DNA of 64,000 nucleotides from Anaeromyxobacter sp. (GCA_049840735.1 JASGJN010000021.1:64001-128000), one strand, 5' to 3'. Numbered from the stretch's first letter, positions 1 to 10,731 are shown. The notes: generated by a model from the letters alone, not told the origin. A program made the numbers and translations.

Positions 1-119
1 GCGAACCCGGCGGTACGCTGCGGCGCGGCGGAGGCCCCTGGCGATGGACCTGGGGAAGCTGGCGCGACACTCCTCGCGGCTGTCGGCGACGGACGGGGCC
101 GGCAGCTGGGTCCGAGAGG

Positions 120-1125
120 CTACGGCTGCGAGGACGAGGGGGGAGCGGACGGATCCGGATCCCCGCGCCTCGCGGCCCGCTTCGCGCGGGGCCGCTGCTT
201 GCGGCTGGCACCGCTGCCGGCAGCGAGCTGTCGGAGCTTCCCCGGGTGGACGCCGGCCACGGCCACCATGAACAGCCAGAGCAGGGCCCCCATGCCGAAG
301 AAGCCCAGGGCCAGCCACCCATCCGTCTGCGCGCGCGCCTCGAAGGGCTCGTGGTGGGCCTCTAGGATGACGTCTTCCTGCGGCGGGCCCTCGAGATCTC
401 CGATGGCGGCCTGGAAGCCGTTCCTCGCCGCTCCGGGACGGACCACCTCGAGGTAGGTGAAATCGGCCAGGTCCTGGGCCTCGAACTGCGCCTTCGCCCG
501 CTGACGAAAGGCCTGGAACCTCCGCTCGCGCTCGGCCTCTGGACGCGAGGCCTCCATCGTCTCGGTGTACGCCAGCGCCAGCCACGCCGGCGGCGGCTCG
601 GCCCTGTAGGGAACACCACGGCCGCAGAACGGAACCACCACCGAGATCGTGAACCGCAGGGTTCGCTTGTTCTTGCCCGCCAATGCCGCCGCGCTGTTTC
701 CCCGGCTCCCGTCACGCCGCAGGCAGGGCCGCTCGACCAGGTAGTACCTGGCCAGCGGAGGCCGCGCGATCTCGGCGACGTCGCCGAGGCGGCCGACCGT
801 CGCATTCGACTTCGCCAGGTACGTCTGCGCGTTCACGGTCGCACCCACCATCGTGCCCACCGCGACGAACAGGTACAGCGGCGCAGCACCGCCCTTCTTC
901 CCCTCCAGCTTGAGCGCCTTGAGGCGCGGCCAGTATCCAGACCATGGCCGGCCCCCACGAGAGCAGGAACGGGAGCATGAACGTGACCGCTTCTTCATCG
1001 ACCGCGACCAGCCGCGATCCGTGGACCAGCGCCCATGCCAGCAGCGAGTAGCTGAGCACGAACCCCGCGGCCACGGTCAGGAAGGGCAGGTAGATGTGCC
1101 GCAACTTCCCGACGAAGAGCTGCAT
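120..1125 (-). CDS. Hypothetical multi-pass membrane protein, frameshifted near 935
   Basis: ATG at 1125 gives MQLFVGKLRHIYLPFLTVAAGF (hydrophobic), continuing in the 120..998 frame (WPRLKALKL...) after one apparent extra base. Confidence 0.6.
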
Positions 1126-1166
1126 CGGGCGGCGGGCCTTGCGCGGCGCCGGTCCGGGAGCCGGGC

Positions 1167-1719
1167 TCACGCCCTGCGATCCATTGGCCGCTCCCTGCCT
1201 GCCGGACGCCGGGTGGTGAAGACGAGCGCGGGAAAGAGACAGGCGAGCATCCAGAAGCCGGAGACGCTCCGCGCCTCCCGGGCGATGTACGCATCGTACG
1301 CCTCACGCGTCAGCTCGTGGACCGCCCGGCCCTTGTTCATCAGCCAGTAGTGCTGATCGATCACCGTCGCATCGGTCCCCTCCCTGGTCGCCATAATCAG
1401 GGCGAAGTCGGCCAGCGCGTAGCAGAGGATCGCCGTGAAGACGTAGCGCCAGGGACGGGCGAGGCGCCGCCTCACTTGTTCGTTGAAGTCCCGTCGGCCC
1501 TCCACCCCAGCCTCCTGCTTCAGCGCCAGGACCGCGGCGCCCCAGAGCAGGATGGACCCACCGTGAAAGGCGAAGTGCACGTTGAAGCGGTTGCCGGTCA
1601 GGTCGGAGACCGGCCAGCGCGGCCGCCTGCACGGCCACGGCCAGCAGGAAGCCGACCCAGGCGAACGAACCCAGCACGGCGCGGACACTGCGGCGCGCGT
1701 AGAACGCTTCGTCGCTCAT
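1167..1719 (-). CDS. Hypothetical membrane protein, frameshifted near 1605
   Basis: GGGAGGGGAG RBS before ATG 1719; MSDEAFY...LAG joins DLTGNRFNVHF of the 1167..1688 frame; about 4 hydrophobic segments. Confidence 0.6.
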
Positions 1720-1867
1720 CTCCCCTCCCGTGCGGAGTGTAGCTCATCCCCCAGGCGCTCGTGTCCTCCGCGGCGGTGCGAGGAGCCCGGCCCGAGGCAG
1801 CGCGCGATCCCGGGCACTCGCAGGCGCGCCTGGCTATCTCCTCTGCCCACCGCTGGCGGGAGGCCGC

Positions 1868-2308
1868 ATGCCCTTCGAGGTCGAGACGCGCAACATCCAC
1901 GGTCGCGTGACCACCGTCGGGTCCGCCGGCGGACACACGCTGGTCATCGACCGGCCGGCAGCTGCCGGCGGCGGCGGGCTCGGCTTCAACGGCGGTGAGC
2001 TGCTCCACCTGGCCGTCGCGGGCTGCATCTCCAACGACCTCTTCCGCGAGGCGGCGGCGGCCGGGCTCGCCCTGGAGACGGTGCGCGTGGTCGTGCGCGG
2101 CGACTTCGCCGGCCAGCCGGCCGTCTCGACCGGGATCACCTACGAGGTCGAGGTGAGCGGACGGGCCGAGGCCGCGCGGCTGCAGGCGCTGATCGAGCAC
2201 GTGGACGCCATCGCCGAGATCCCGGGCTCGCTGCGGCGGGGCACGACCGTCCTGCTGGCGGCGGCGCGGGTGCGCGCCCTGCCGGAGGGGGCAGCGCCGG
2301 CACCGTGA
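1868..2308 (+). CDS. OsmC/Ohr family protein
   Basis: DRP..GG.G.G..GELL...AGC motif; GGGAGG RBS before ATG 1868. Confidence 0.8.
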   Translation: MPFEVETRNIHGRVTTVGSAGGHTLVIDRPAAAGGGGLGFNGGELLHLAVAGCISNDLFREAAAAGLALETVRVVVRGDFAGQPAVSTGITYEVEVSGRAEAARLQALIEHVDAIAEIPGSLRRGTTVLLAAARVRALPEGAAPAP

Positions 2309-2374
2309 CGCGGGGGATCCCTGCGCCCATCGAAGCCATCACCGCCGCCGCCCGTGCGCGAGTGACAGGGACCC

Positions 2375-2614
2375 ATGCTCGGATCCCACGCCGTGGCGGC
2401 CTTCACCCTCGAGTTCTACGAAAACGAGCGCGGCGACAAGCCCGTGCTGCGGTGGATCCGCGAGGAGCTCGCCCCGACGCAGCGGTTCGGGAACAAGGTC
2501 GTCCTTCTCCTCGCGGGCTACGACAAGGGGGCCGACACCTCTCCGCGCCGGCAGGACGAGGAGATCGCCGTGGCGCGCCAACGCCTGGCCGCTTGGCGGC
2601 GGGGCCGGGCTTGA
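2375..2614 (+). pseudogene. RelE/HigB (Gp49-like) type II toxin, apparently internally deleted
   Basis: N-terminal EFYENERGDKPVLRWI and C-terminal VVLLLAGYDK...EIAVARQRL motifs joined directly; precedes an HTH gene. Confidence 0.65.
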
Positions 2615-2670
2615 CTGCTGATGTGGGTAAGCACATCGTATCTTCCGACGTGCACCCGCGAGGGCGTCCG

Positions 2671-3063
2671 ATGCGCAACGACTTCGACGAATTGATGAAC
2701 GAGATCGAGGCCGAGGCGCGGCGGGCCGGGCCGAAGTCGCAGGCCGGGTACGCGCGTGCGGGCGCGACTCACCGCCTCGCCCGCGAGATCTTCGACCTCC
2801 GCAAGGTCGCGGGCCTGTCACAGCGGCAACTCGCCGCCAGGTCGGGTGTCCAGCAGGCGGACATCAGCCGGATCGAGGCGGGCGACGCGAACCCGACGCT
2901 CGCTACCATTTCGGCCCTCGCCTACGCGCTCGGCGCGGAACTATCGCTCGCGCGATCGGTTACGGGCACGCGCGCGACGGGGCGAGGTCCCAAGAGGCGT
3001 GACTCCGGCACCCGGCAGGTCCGCGTTCGTGCCGCGGCTCGCCGCGCTGCCTCACGTCGCTGA
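2671..3063 (+). CDS. XRE-family HTH protein, HigA-like antitoxin
   Basis: LRKVAGLSQRQLAARSGVQQADISRIEAGDANPTL HTH_3 motif. Confidence 0.85.
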   Translation: MRNDFDELMNEIEAEARRAGPKSQAGYARAGATHRLAREIFDLRKVAGLSQRQLAARSGVQQADISRIEAGDANPTLATISALAYALGAELSLARSVTGTRATGRGPKRRDSGTRQVRVRAAARRAASRR

Positions 3064-3323
3064 GATCTTAGTTCATGGTCGGCGGGCGGCACCGCGAGAG
3101 CGACGCGGCACGCCCGCCGGGTCCTCACCAGAGGAACGCGTAGGTATTGTTACAGTCTTTCGACTGGGCCTCGGCCCGCAGTGCGGATATGCCCGGTGCG
3201 GGCGAGCCGCTCCTGCAGATCGGCGGCGGTGGGGAGCGCGGCCGCGTCCCCGGGCAGCAGCTTCTCCGCCACGGCTTGGGCGCTCCGGGCCCCCCGCCCG
3301 TTCCACCGACCCTGTAAAATACT

Positions 3324-3358
3324 GAGGCCCCAAGGACTTTGCAGTCCAAGGGGCCTTC
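3324..3358 (-). terminator. Hairpin downstream of tRNA-Phe
   Basis: GAGGCCCC-AAGGAC-TTTGCA-GTCC-AA-GGGGCCTTC imperfect inverted repeat. Confidence 0.5.
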
Positions 3359-3378
3359 GGATGCCGTACGTGATGTTG

Positions 3379-3451
3379 TGCCTGGACCCGGAATCGAACC
3401 AGGGACACGGGGATTTTCAGTCCCCTGCTCTACCAGCTGAGCTATCCAGGC
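3379..3451 (-). tRNA. tRNA-Phe(GAA), CCA not encoded
   Basis: Reverse complement GCCTGGATAGCTCAGCTGGTAGAGCAGGGGACTGAAAATCCCCGTGTCCCTGGTTCGATTCCGGGTCCAGGCA, followed by CAA. Confidence 0.97.
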
Positions 3452-3655
3452 ATTCCCTCGGCTGCCGGTCACCCGACCGCCGCGGGACCGCCCTTTTACG
3501 ATCGCCCGGCCCGGAACGCAACAGGGGAAAAGCGCCCTGATCGCTCACGCTTCGGCGGGTGCGCGGGAACGCACTTTTCGGCCCGGGCGCGGCAGGACGC
3601 CGCCGGGTGTGGACCAACGTGGGCGGACGACGCGGCCGCGGGCGGGCCCGGCGGC

Positions 3656-3979
3656 TCAGTGCTCGTCGACGGCGGCGGCGGGCAGCGCGGCGACGCGGGT
3701 CCGGCCGCCGCGCTCGGGCGGCACCGCGTGGTGCGCCATGTCCTCGGCGTGCGCCTCCTGCGACGTGCAGGCGATGGCCGAGACGCTCTCGTGGCGATCG
3801 CGCATCTCGTTCCAGAAGCGGACGCGCGCCTGGTTCACCAGCAGTCGCGCCTGGAGGTCGTCCAGGCTGGCCTCCAGGTTGCGCTGCTCCAGCGCCAGCC
3901 GCGCGCGGCGGATCTCCGCGTCCCTCGGCGCGCAGGCGGCGGCGAGCAGCAGCAGCGTGGTCATCGCGATGGCTCTCAT
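3656..3979 (-). CDS. Small coiled-coil lipoprotein
   Basis: GGAGGG RBS; lipobox LAAAC; heptad-like helix. Confidence 0.7.
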   Translation of the reverse strand: MRAIAMTTLLLLAAACAPRDAEIRRARLALEQRNLEASLDDLQARLLVNQARVRFWNEMRDRHESVSAIACTSQEAHAEDMAHHAVPPERGGRTRVAALPAAAVDEH

Positions 3980-4245
3980 GCGCCCCTCCGACGCAAGCTC
4001 CAGCGGTGGCGTCACTGAGGGTGCTCACGCCCGCGCGGGCCGCCAACCTCCGGCTGGAGGCCGGGCCCCGGCGTGGGACAGCTGCGGAAAGCCACGCGAT
4101 CGCGCGCGGATGCCCAGCTGGAGCGCCGGCGCGTCACCTCTGCGAGGGTCACGGATCCCCGTGAGGACGGAATGCACCCACCGTTGACGGGTGCGGCGGA
4201 CGCGGACGCAGCGCGGGCGCGCGGCTTGGCCGGGCGGCCAGCGCG

Positions 4246-5001
4246 TCAGAGGCGCGGGATGGCCTTCAGCACGGCCTTCCCGTCCTTCACCTCGACGCGG
4301 AAGTCCACGCTCTTGGCCTTGTAGCGCGACATCAGCTCCGGGACCTGCTTCTCCACGCTGCGCGCCACGGCGTCATAGCTGAGGCGGGAGACGTCCTCGT
4401 TGCAGCGCTTCTTGGCCGCGACGTACTCGTCGTAGAGCGCCCGCATGCGGGCGTCGCCGGCGGCGGCCGGCGGCGGCGAGGTGGCGGCACGCGAGGCCGG
4501 CGCCGGCGCAGCAGCGCGCGGCGCCGCGGGCGCAGCAGCCGCGGAGGCGGAAGCAGCCGGGGCGGCCGGCGCCTCCTTGCCCGGCGCGGCGTCCTTCTTC
4601 GCGTCCGGCCGGTGCAGGCGCGCCTTGAAGAGGTCGCGCCGGTAGGTGCCCTCCTCCTTCTCGCGCGCCGTCCGCATCCAGAGCCGCTCGTAGGAGAGGA
4701 AGCGCGCGTGCAGCGACTGCAGCCGGAAGCGCAGGCCGGTGTTGCGCGTGAACGCGGTCTTGATGACGTTCACGCGCTTCTTGATCTCGTTGCGCTCGCG
4801 GTTGGGCTCGCGCCGCTCGATGCCGAGGAAGTAGGCCTCGTAGCGCGCCTTGAGCGCCTCCAGCTCCTCCTCCAGCCGGCTGCACTCGTCGGCCAGCTCC
4901 TCCTGCTGCCGGCGCTGGGCCAGCGGGTCCTCGGGCACGGCCGGCTGGCCGGGCTTCAGGGGGCCGCCTGGACGGCCGGGACGCTGGGGAGGGAGGGCCA
5001 C
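4246..5001 (-). CDS. Myxobacterial conserved protein with MXAN_5187-like C-terminal domain
   Basis: YEAYFLGIERREP N-domain, Ala/Pro linker, LYDEYVAAK...VDFRVEVKDGKAVLKA C-domain. Confidence 0.75.
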   Translation of the reverse strand: MALPPQRPGRPGGPLKPGQPAVPEDPLAQRRQQEELADECSRLEEELEALKARYEAYFLGIERREPNRERNEIKKRVNVIKTAFTRNTGLRFRLQSLHARFLSYERLWMRTAREKEEGTYRRDLFKARLHRPDAKKDAAPGKEAPAAPAASASAAAAPAAPRAAAPAPASRAATSPPPAAAGDARMRALYDEYVAAKKRCNEDVSRLSYDAVARSVEKQVPELMSRYKAKSVDFRVEVKDGKAVLKAIPRL

Positions 5002-5051
5002 GGAGAGAGTCTATCGGTGCGGGCGCGCCGGGATCAACGCAAGGCCCGCAC

Positions 5052-6134
5052 CTACCCCGCCGCGGGCGCCGCCTCCGGGACCGCCGGACGCGGGGCACGG
5101 AGCCACAGGGCCACCCCGACCGCCAGGATCACGATCGAGGTCCACTGCCCGGCGCCCAGCCCCAGGTAGACGCCGCGCTCCACGTCGCCGCGGAACAGCT
5201 CGACCGCGCTGCGCAGGAAGGCGTACCCGATGAGCCAGCTGGCCAGCACCTGGCCGTGGAACCGCTTCCGCGGCCGGACCCACAGGACCAGCAGCAGGAA
5301 CAGCCCCAGCTCCCCGAACGACTCGTAGAGCTGCGTGGGGTGGAGCGCGATGGTGGAGAGCCCGCCCGGCTCCAGGTACTGCCCCGGGTTGGAGCGCTGC
5401 AGGAAGGTCTGGTAGGCCAGCGACTCCGGCGGGAAGTGGGCCGCCCAGGGCAGGTCCGAGTGCATGGGCCCGCCCCAGCAGCAGCCGGCGCCGAAGCAGC
5501 CCAGGCGCCCCAGGAAGTGCCCGATGGCCACCGACGGGATCATGGTGTCGGCGTGGGCCAGGAAGGGCATGCGGTGGCGGCGCATGTACCACCAGGCCGT
5601 CAGCGCGGCGCCGATGAAGCCGCCGTAGAAGACCAGGCCGTTCTTCCAGAAGATCAGGAAGCGCGGCCAGCGGCCGAGGGGCGTCTCACCCCAGAACTGG
5701 CCGGGCCCGAAGTACTCCCGCCAGTTCACGCCGATGAAGTAGAGCTCGCTGCCCACCACGGCCGCGATCAGGATCCAGAAGGCCAGGTCGGCGATCCGCT
5801 CCGGATCCTGCCCGCGCCGGCGCGCCTCGCGCTGCGCCAGCCAGATGCCCAGCAGGAAGGCGCTGGCGATGAGCAGCCCGTAGGTGTGGAGCGGCAGGTC
5901 GATGGACCGGTCGAGCAGCCCCATCCTCCACAGGACCACGCCCAGCACGGCCAGGATCGCCGCCAGCCAGCCGTCGGCCTTCACGGCCTCGACCAGCGAG
6001 AGGCGCTGCCCATCCTGGCGGGCGCGCCAGAGCCAGGCCGCGCCGCGGCCGACCAGGACGACCAGGGCCAACACCACGTAGAGCGGCAGGCCCCAGCCCA
6101 GGGGGACGGAGAGGTGGAAGAGCACCGGGAGCAT
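5052..6134 (-). CDS. lgt: Prolipoprotein diacylglyceryl transferase
   Basis: GLVFYGG, GRLGCF, HPTQLYE motifs. Confidence 0.95.
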   Translation of the reverse strand: MLPVLFHLSVPLGWGLPLYVVLALVVLVGRGAAWLWRARQDGQRLSLVEAVKADGWLAAILAVLGVVLWRMGLLDRSIDLPLHTYGLLIASAFLLGIWLAQREARRRGQDPERIADLAFWILIAAVVGSELYFIGVNWREYFGPGQFWGETPLGRWPRFLIFWKNGLVFYGGFIGAALTAWWYMRRHRMPFLAHADTMIPSVAIGHFLGRLGCFGAGCCWGGPMHSDLPWAAHFPPESLAYQTFLQRSNPGQYLEPGGLSTIALHPTQLYESFGELGLFLLLVLWVRPRKRFHGQVLASWLIGYAFLRSAVELFRGDVERGVYLGLGAGQWTSIVILAVGVALWLRAPRPAVPEAAPAAG

Positions 6135-6137
6135 CGA

Positions 6138-6767
6138 TCAGGCCCTCCGCTCCTCGCCCGCCGCCGCGTCGGGCGCCGGCTTCTTCGCCTCGCCCTTCTG
6201 TGGCCCGGGGTGGAGCACCAGCATGAGCACGCCCACCACGATGAGCGAGTCGGCGATGTTGAAGGTGGGCCACCGGAGGTCGGGCCGGTTCCACCAGTAC
6301 CACTCGATGAAGTCGATCACGTACCCGCGCGCCAGGCGGTCCACGAAGTTGCCCAGGGCCCCGGCCAGCACCAGCGCCAGCGCCACCTGCAGGAAGCGCT
6401 GGTCCTCGCGCAGCTTCCGGTAGTAACCGACGATGAACACGCCGGCGGAGAGCGAGACCAGGGTGAAGAACACGTTGCGGACCCGCTCGGAGAAGCCGCG
6501 GAACATGCCCCAGGCCGCGCCCGGGTTCTCCACGTAGCTCATCCGCCACACCGGCGCCCAGACCACGTACGGCTCGGTGGCCTGCGACTCCAGGTGGCGG
6601 TGCTCCGAGTAGAAGCCCACCAGCTTCTCGCCCAGCGTCTGCTGCCCCGCCCGCTGGAAGATGACGGTGAGCCGCTCCACGGCCAGGAACTTGCTCCACT
6701 GGTCCGCCAGCAGGCCGGCGGCGAACAGGACCACGAGCAGGGTCCACTTCGACTTGGTCATGGTCAT
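6138..6767 (-). CDS. lspA: Signal peptidase II
   Basis: DQWSK, NPGAAWG, GALGNFVDR, VIDFI, FNIAD; ATG overlaps the ileS stop. Confidence 0.95.
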   Translation of the reverse strand: MTMTKSKWTLLVVLFAAGLLADQWSKFLAVERLTVIFQRAGQQTLGEKLVGFYSEHRHLESQATEPYVVWAPVWRMSYVENPGAAWGMFRGFSERVRNVFFTLVSLSAGVFIVGYYRKLREDQRFLQVALALVLAGALGNFVDRLARGYVIDFIEWYWWNRPDLRWPTFNIADSLIVVGVLMLVLHPGPQKGEAKKPAPDAAAGEERRA

Positions 6768-9602
6768 GCCAGCGCGTCCGCGCACTTGCCGCACAGGGTG
6801 GGGTGGCTGGGCTCGACGCCCACGTCCTCGCGGTAGATCCAGCACCGCTCGCACTTCACGCCCGGCGCGCGGGCCACCTCGACCGCCAGCGGCCCATCCG
6901 CCAGCGCCACCTTCGAGACGATGAAGAGCGTCGGCAGATCGGCCCGGGCCGACTCCAGCAGCGCGCGCTGCGCCCCCTCGGCCCGGATCGTCACCATGGC
7001 CTCCAGGCCGGAGCCGATCAGCTTGGCGCGGCGCGCCTCCTCCAGCTTGCCCTGCACCGCGGCCCGCACCTCGAACAGCTGCCCGAACCGCTCCTCCAGC
7101 GCCGCCGCGTCGGCCGGGCGCGCGCGCCGCGGCAGGCCGGCCAGGAACGGGCTCTCGGCGGTGCGGCCCGGCAGGTGGCCCCAGGCCTCGCTGGCCGTGA
7201 AGGAGAGGACCGGCGCCAGCAGCCGGATCAGGTCCTCGGCCATCGCGTGCAGCACGGTCAGCGCCGAGCGGCGCGCCTGCCCCCACTTCCTGGCCGTGTA
7301 GACGCGGTCCTTGATGATGTCGAAGTAGATGGCGGAGAGCTCCACCGAGCAGAGCTGCACGGTGGCGTGGTAGGCCACGTGGAACTCGTAGTCCTCGTAG
7401 GCCTGCTGCACCTTCTCGTTCCAGGCCACCAGCCGGGAGAGCGCCCAGCGGTCGATGGGCAGCAGCTCCGCCTCCGGCACCGCGTGCTGGGCCGGGTCGT
7501 AGCCCTCCAGCGCGCCCAGGATCCACCGCAGCGTGTTGCGGATCTCTGCGGTAGCCCTCGGCCACGCCGTCCATGATCTTGTCGGAGATCCGGACGTCGT
7601 CGCGGTAGTCGGCGGCGGACACCCACAGGCGCAGGATGTCGGCCCCGTACTTCTTGATGATCTCCTCGGGCTCGATGCCGTTCCCGGCGCTCTTGGACAT
7701 GGCCTTGCCCTGGCCATCCAGCACGAAGCCGTGGGTCAGGACCGCCTTGTAGGGGGCGCGCTCCTCCAGGGCCATGGAGGTGAGCAGCGAGGAGTGGAAC
7801 CAGCCGCGGTGCTGGTCCGAGCCCTCCAGGTAGAGGTCGACCGGGACCGGCTCGCCCTCGCGCTTCATCACCGCCGCCCAGGAGACGCCCGAGTCCCACC
7901 AGACGTCGAGGATGTCCTGCTCGCGCCGGAAGTCGCCCTTGCCGCACTTCGGGCAGGACTCACCGGCCGTGAACTGGGCCGGGGCCCGGCGGTACCAGGC
8001 CTCGATCCCCTCCTCCTCGAACGCGGCGGCCACCTTCTCCATCACCGCCGGGGAGAGCAGCGGCTCCTCGCAGCCGTTGCAGTAGAAGACCGGGATGGGC
8101 ACGCCCCAGGTCCGCTGGCGCGAGACGCACCAGTCGGGCCGGTTCTCGATCATGTTGTAGATGCGGTCGCGGCCCCAGCGCGGGATCCACTTCACCTGGT
8201 CGATGGCCCGGAGCGCGCCCTTGCGCAGCTCGCGGTGCTCCAGCGACAGGAACCACTGGTCGGTGGCGCGGAAGATGACCGGCTTGTGGCAGCGCCAGCA
8301 GTGCGGGTAGCTGTGCTTGAGCGAGGCCTTGGGGTCGGAGAGCAGGTGGCCCGAGGCGTGGAGGTCGCTCACGATCTCCGCGTTGGCCTCGAAGATCTTC
8401 TTGCCGGCGTACTTGCCCGCCTCCTCGGTGAAGCGGCCCGCGCCGTCCACCGGGTTCAGCACCTCCAGCTTGTAGCGGAGGCCGACCACGTAGTCCTCCT
8501 GGCCGTGGCCGGGCGCGGTGTGGACCAGGCCGGTGCCGGCCTCGAGCGTCACGTGGTCGCCCAGGATCACCGGCGAGCACCGCTCGATGAAGGGGTGGAG
8601 GTACTGCAGCCCCTCCAGCTCCTTGCCCTCGAGGTAGCCCAGCACGCGCTCCGGGTGGCGCAGGTGCGTGGCGCTGAGCCCGCCGCCGCCGGTGGCGGCC
8701 GCGTGCGCGTCGGGCGAGTGGGGCACCGGGACGCCGGTGGTGGTCAGCTCGTCCGGCGCGACCTCGGAGAGGAACTGCGCCAGCAGGTCCTTGGCGACGA
8801 TGACCGGCGTGCCGGCCAGCTCGTAGATGACGTAGGTGAAGTCCGGGTGGGCGCAGATGGCCAGGTTGGCCGGGAGCGTCCAGGGGGTGGTGGTCCAGAT
8901 GACCAGCTTCACCTTGCGGCCGGCCAGCTTGCCGTGCGGCAGCGGCGTGACCAGGTCGAAGGCCACGTGGATGGAGGGCGAGGCGTGGTCCTCGTACTCC
9001 ACCTCCGCCTCGGCCAGCGCGGTCCGGTCGTTGACGCACCAGTAGACCGGCTTCTTGCCGCGGTAGAGGAAGCCCCGCTCCGCCGCGCGCGCGAAGGTGC
9101 GGACGATCTCCGCCTCGTACCCGCGCGACATGGTGGTGTAGGGCGTGTCCCAGCGGCCGAAGATGCCCAGCCGCTTGAAGGACTCGCGCTGCTTGTCGAT
9201 CCAGCGCTGCGCGTAGGCGCGGCAGGCCTCGATGATGGCGGCGCGGTCCAGCTCGCGCTTCTTCGAGCCCAGCTCCTTGTCCACGCCCAGCTCGATGGGC
9301 AGGCCGTGGCAGTCCCAGCCCGGGATGAAGTCGGCCACCTCACCCTTGAGGTTCCGGTACTTCACCACGATGTCCTTCAGGATCTTGTTGAGCGCGTGGC
9401 CGATGTGGATGTCGCCGTTGGCGTACGGCGGGCCGTCGTGGAAGACGAAGCGCGGCCCCTTGCGACCGGCGTTCTGGGCCACGAGGCGCTGGAAGATCGC
9501 CTGCTCCGCCCACTGGCGAAGGATCTCCGGCTCCCGCTGGGGGAGGTTCGCCTTCATGGGGAAGTCGGTCTTCGGAAGGTTGACGGTGTCTTTGTAGTCC
9601 AC
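6764..9602 (-). CDS. ileS: Isoleucyl-tRNA synthetase (type 1), one frameshift near 7546
   Basis: DGPPYANGDIHIGH, GWDCHGLP, WTTTPWT, EGSDQHRGWF, AMSKS; C-terminal part with CERC..C..C zinc finger lies in the 6764..7717 frame. Confidence 0.95.
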
Positions 9603-9744
9603 GGACGCGTCCTGAGCCGGGAAGTGGCGGAAAGTAGAGGGTTCTACCAGCCGAGGGGGGCCGGATCAATGAACGGATCCGGTGCGGGGCGCGCGCCGGG
9701 GCGCGTTGCGGTACCCCCCGGGCGCGGCTAACCTTCCCCGGCCC

Positions 9745-10731
9745 ATGCCCTCCGCCCGCAAGCCTGCGCCGCGCCACAAGAGCGCTCGCACCAAGAAGCG
9801 GGCGCCCGGCGGCCTGGGCGTGGTCATCCTCTCCCGCAACCGCCGGCTCTACTCCACGCGCCGCCTGGTCGAGGCCGCCAGGGCGCTGGGCCACGCCCCG
9901 CGCGTGCTCGACACCCTGCGCTGCAACATGCTGCTGGCGCGGGACGAGCCGCGCATCCTCTACCGCGGCGAGGAGGTCCGGGCCGATCGCGTCCACGTGG
10001 TCATCCCCCGGATCGGCGCCTCCATCACGGGCTACGGGCTGGCGGTGGTGAACCAGTTCGACCTGATGGGCGTGCCGGTGCTGGCCGCCGCCATCCCCAT
10101 CGCGCGCTCGCGCGACAAGCTGCGCGCGCTGCAGCTCCTCTCCCGCTTCGGCATGGACATCCCGCGCACGGTGATGTGCCGCTTCCGCGACGAGGTGCCG
10201 GAGGCCGTCGAGCAGGTGGGCGGGCTGCCCTGCATCATCAAGCTCATCCAGGGGACGCAGGGCGTGGGGGTGATGATCGCCAGCACCATGGTGGAGGTGC
10301 AGGGCATGCTCGACACGCTCTGGACGCTGGGCCAGGAGATCCTGCTCCAGGAGCTGGTGGCCGAGTCGAAGGGCAAGGACGTGCGCGCGCTGGTGGTGGG
10401 CGACAGGGTGGTGGCCGCCATGCGCCGCACCGCTCGCGCCGGCGAGTTCCGCTCCAACATCCACCGCGGTGGCAGCGCCGAGGCGGTGCCCCTGGGCCGC
10501 GAGTACGCCGAGGCGGCGGTGAAGGCCGCGCGCGTGCTGGGGCTGGAGGTGGCCGGCATCGACATGCTCGAGGCGCGCACCGGCCCCAAGATCATGGAGG
10601 TCAACTCCTCGCCCGGCTTCGAGGGGCTGGAGAGCGCCACCGGCCTGGACGTGGCCTCAGCCTACGTGCAGCACGCCGTCGAGTTCGGCCTGGCCCGGCG
10701 TCTCTCGCCCGCCGGCGGGCGCGTGGCCTGA
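9745..10731 (+). CDS. rimK: RimK-family ATP-grasp glutamate ligase
   Basis: LYSTRRL, IPRIGASIT, RSRDKLR, GTQGVGV, EFRSNIHRGG, EVNSSPG. Confidence 0.88.
   Translation: MPSARKPAPRHKSARTKKRAPGGLGVVILSRNRRLYSTRRLVEAARALGHAPRVLDTLRCNMLLARDEPRILYRGEEVRADRVHVVIPRIGASITGYGLAVVNQFDLMGVPVLAAAIPIARSRDKLRALQLLSRFGMDIPRTVMCRFRDEVPEAVEQVGGLPCIIKLIQGTQGVGVMIASTMVEVQGMLDTLWTLGQEILLQELVAESKGKDVRALVVGDRVVAAMRRTARAGEFRSNIHRGGSAEAVPLGREYAEAAVKAARVLGLEVAGIDMLEARTGPKIMEVNSSPGFEGLESATGLDVASAYVQHAVEFGLARRLSPAGGRVA

Noticed and set aside
1..119. Possible 3' end of a plus-strand gene at the window edge
   Set aside because: Too short and lacking a recognisable motif
4070..4100. GGGAC..CGGAAAGCCACG resembling a c-di-GMP-I riboswitch core
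   Set aside because: Upstream GGCAAAC/GAAA hairpin is missing and no downstream gene lies on that strand
6138..9602. Apparent 1154-aa IleRS-LspA fusion ORF
   Set aside because: Created by one extra base near 7546; the true IleRS C-terminus is intact in another frame and lspA has its own coupled ATG
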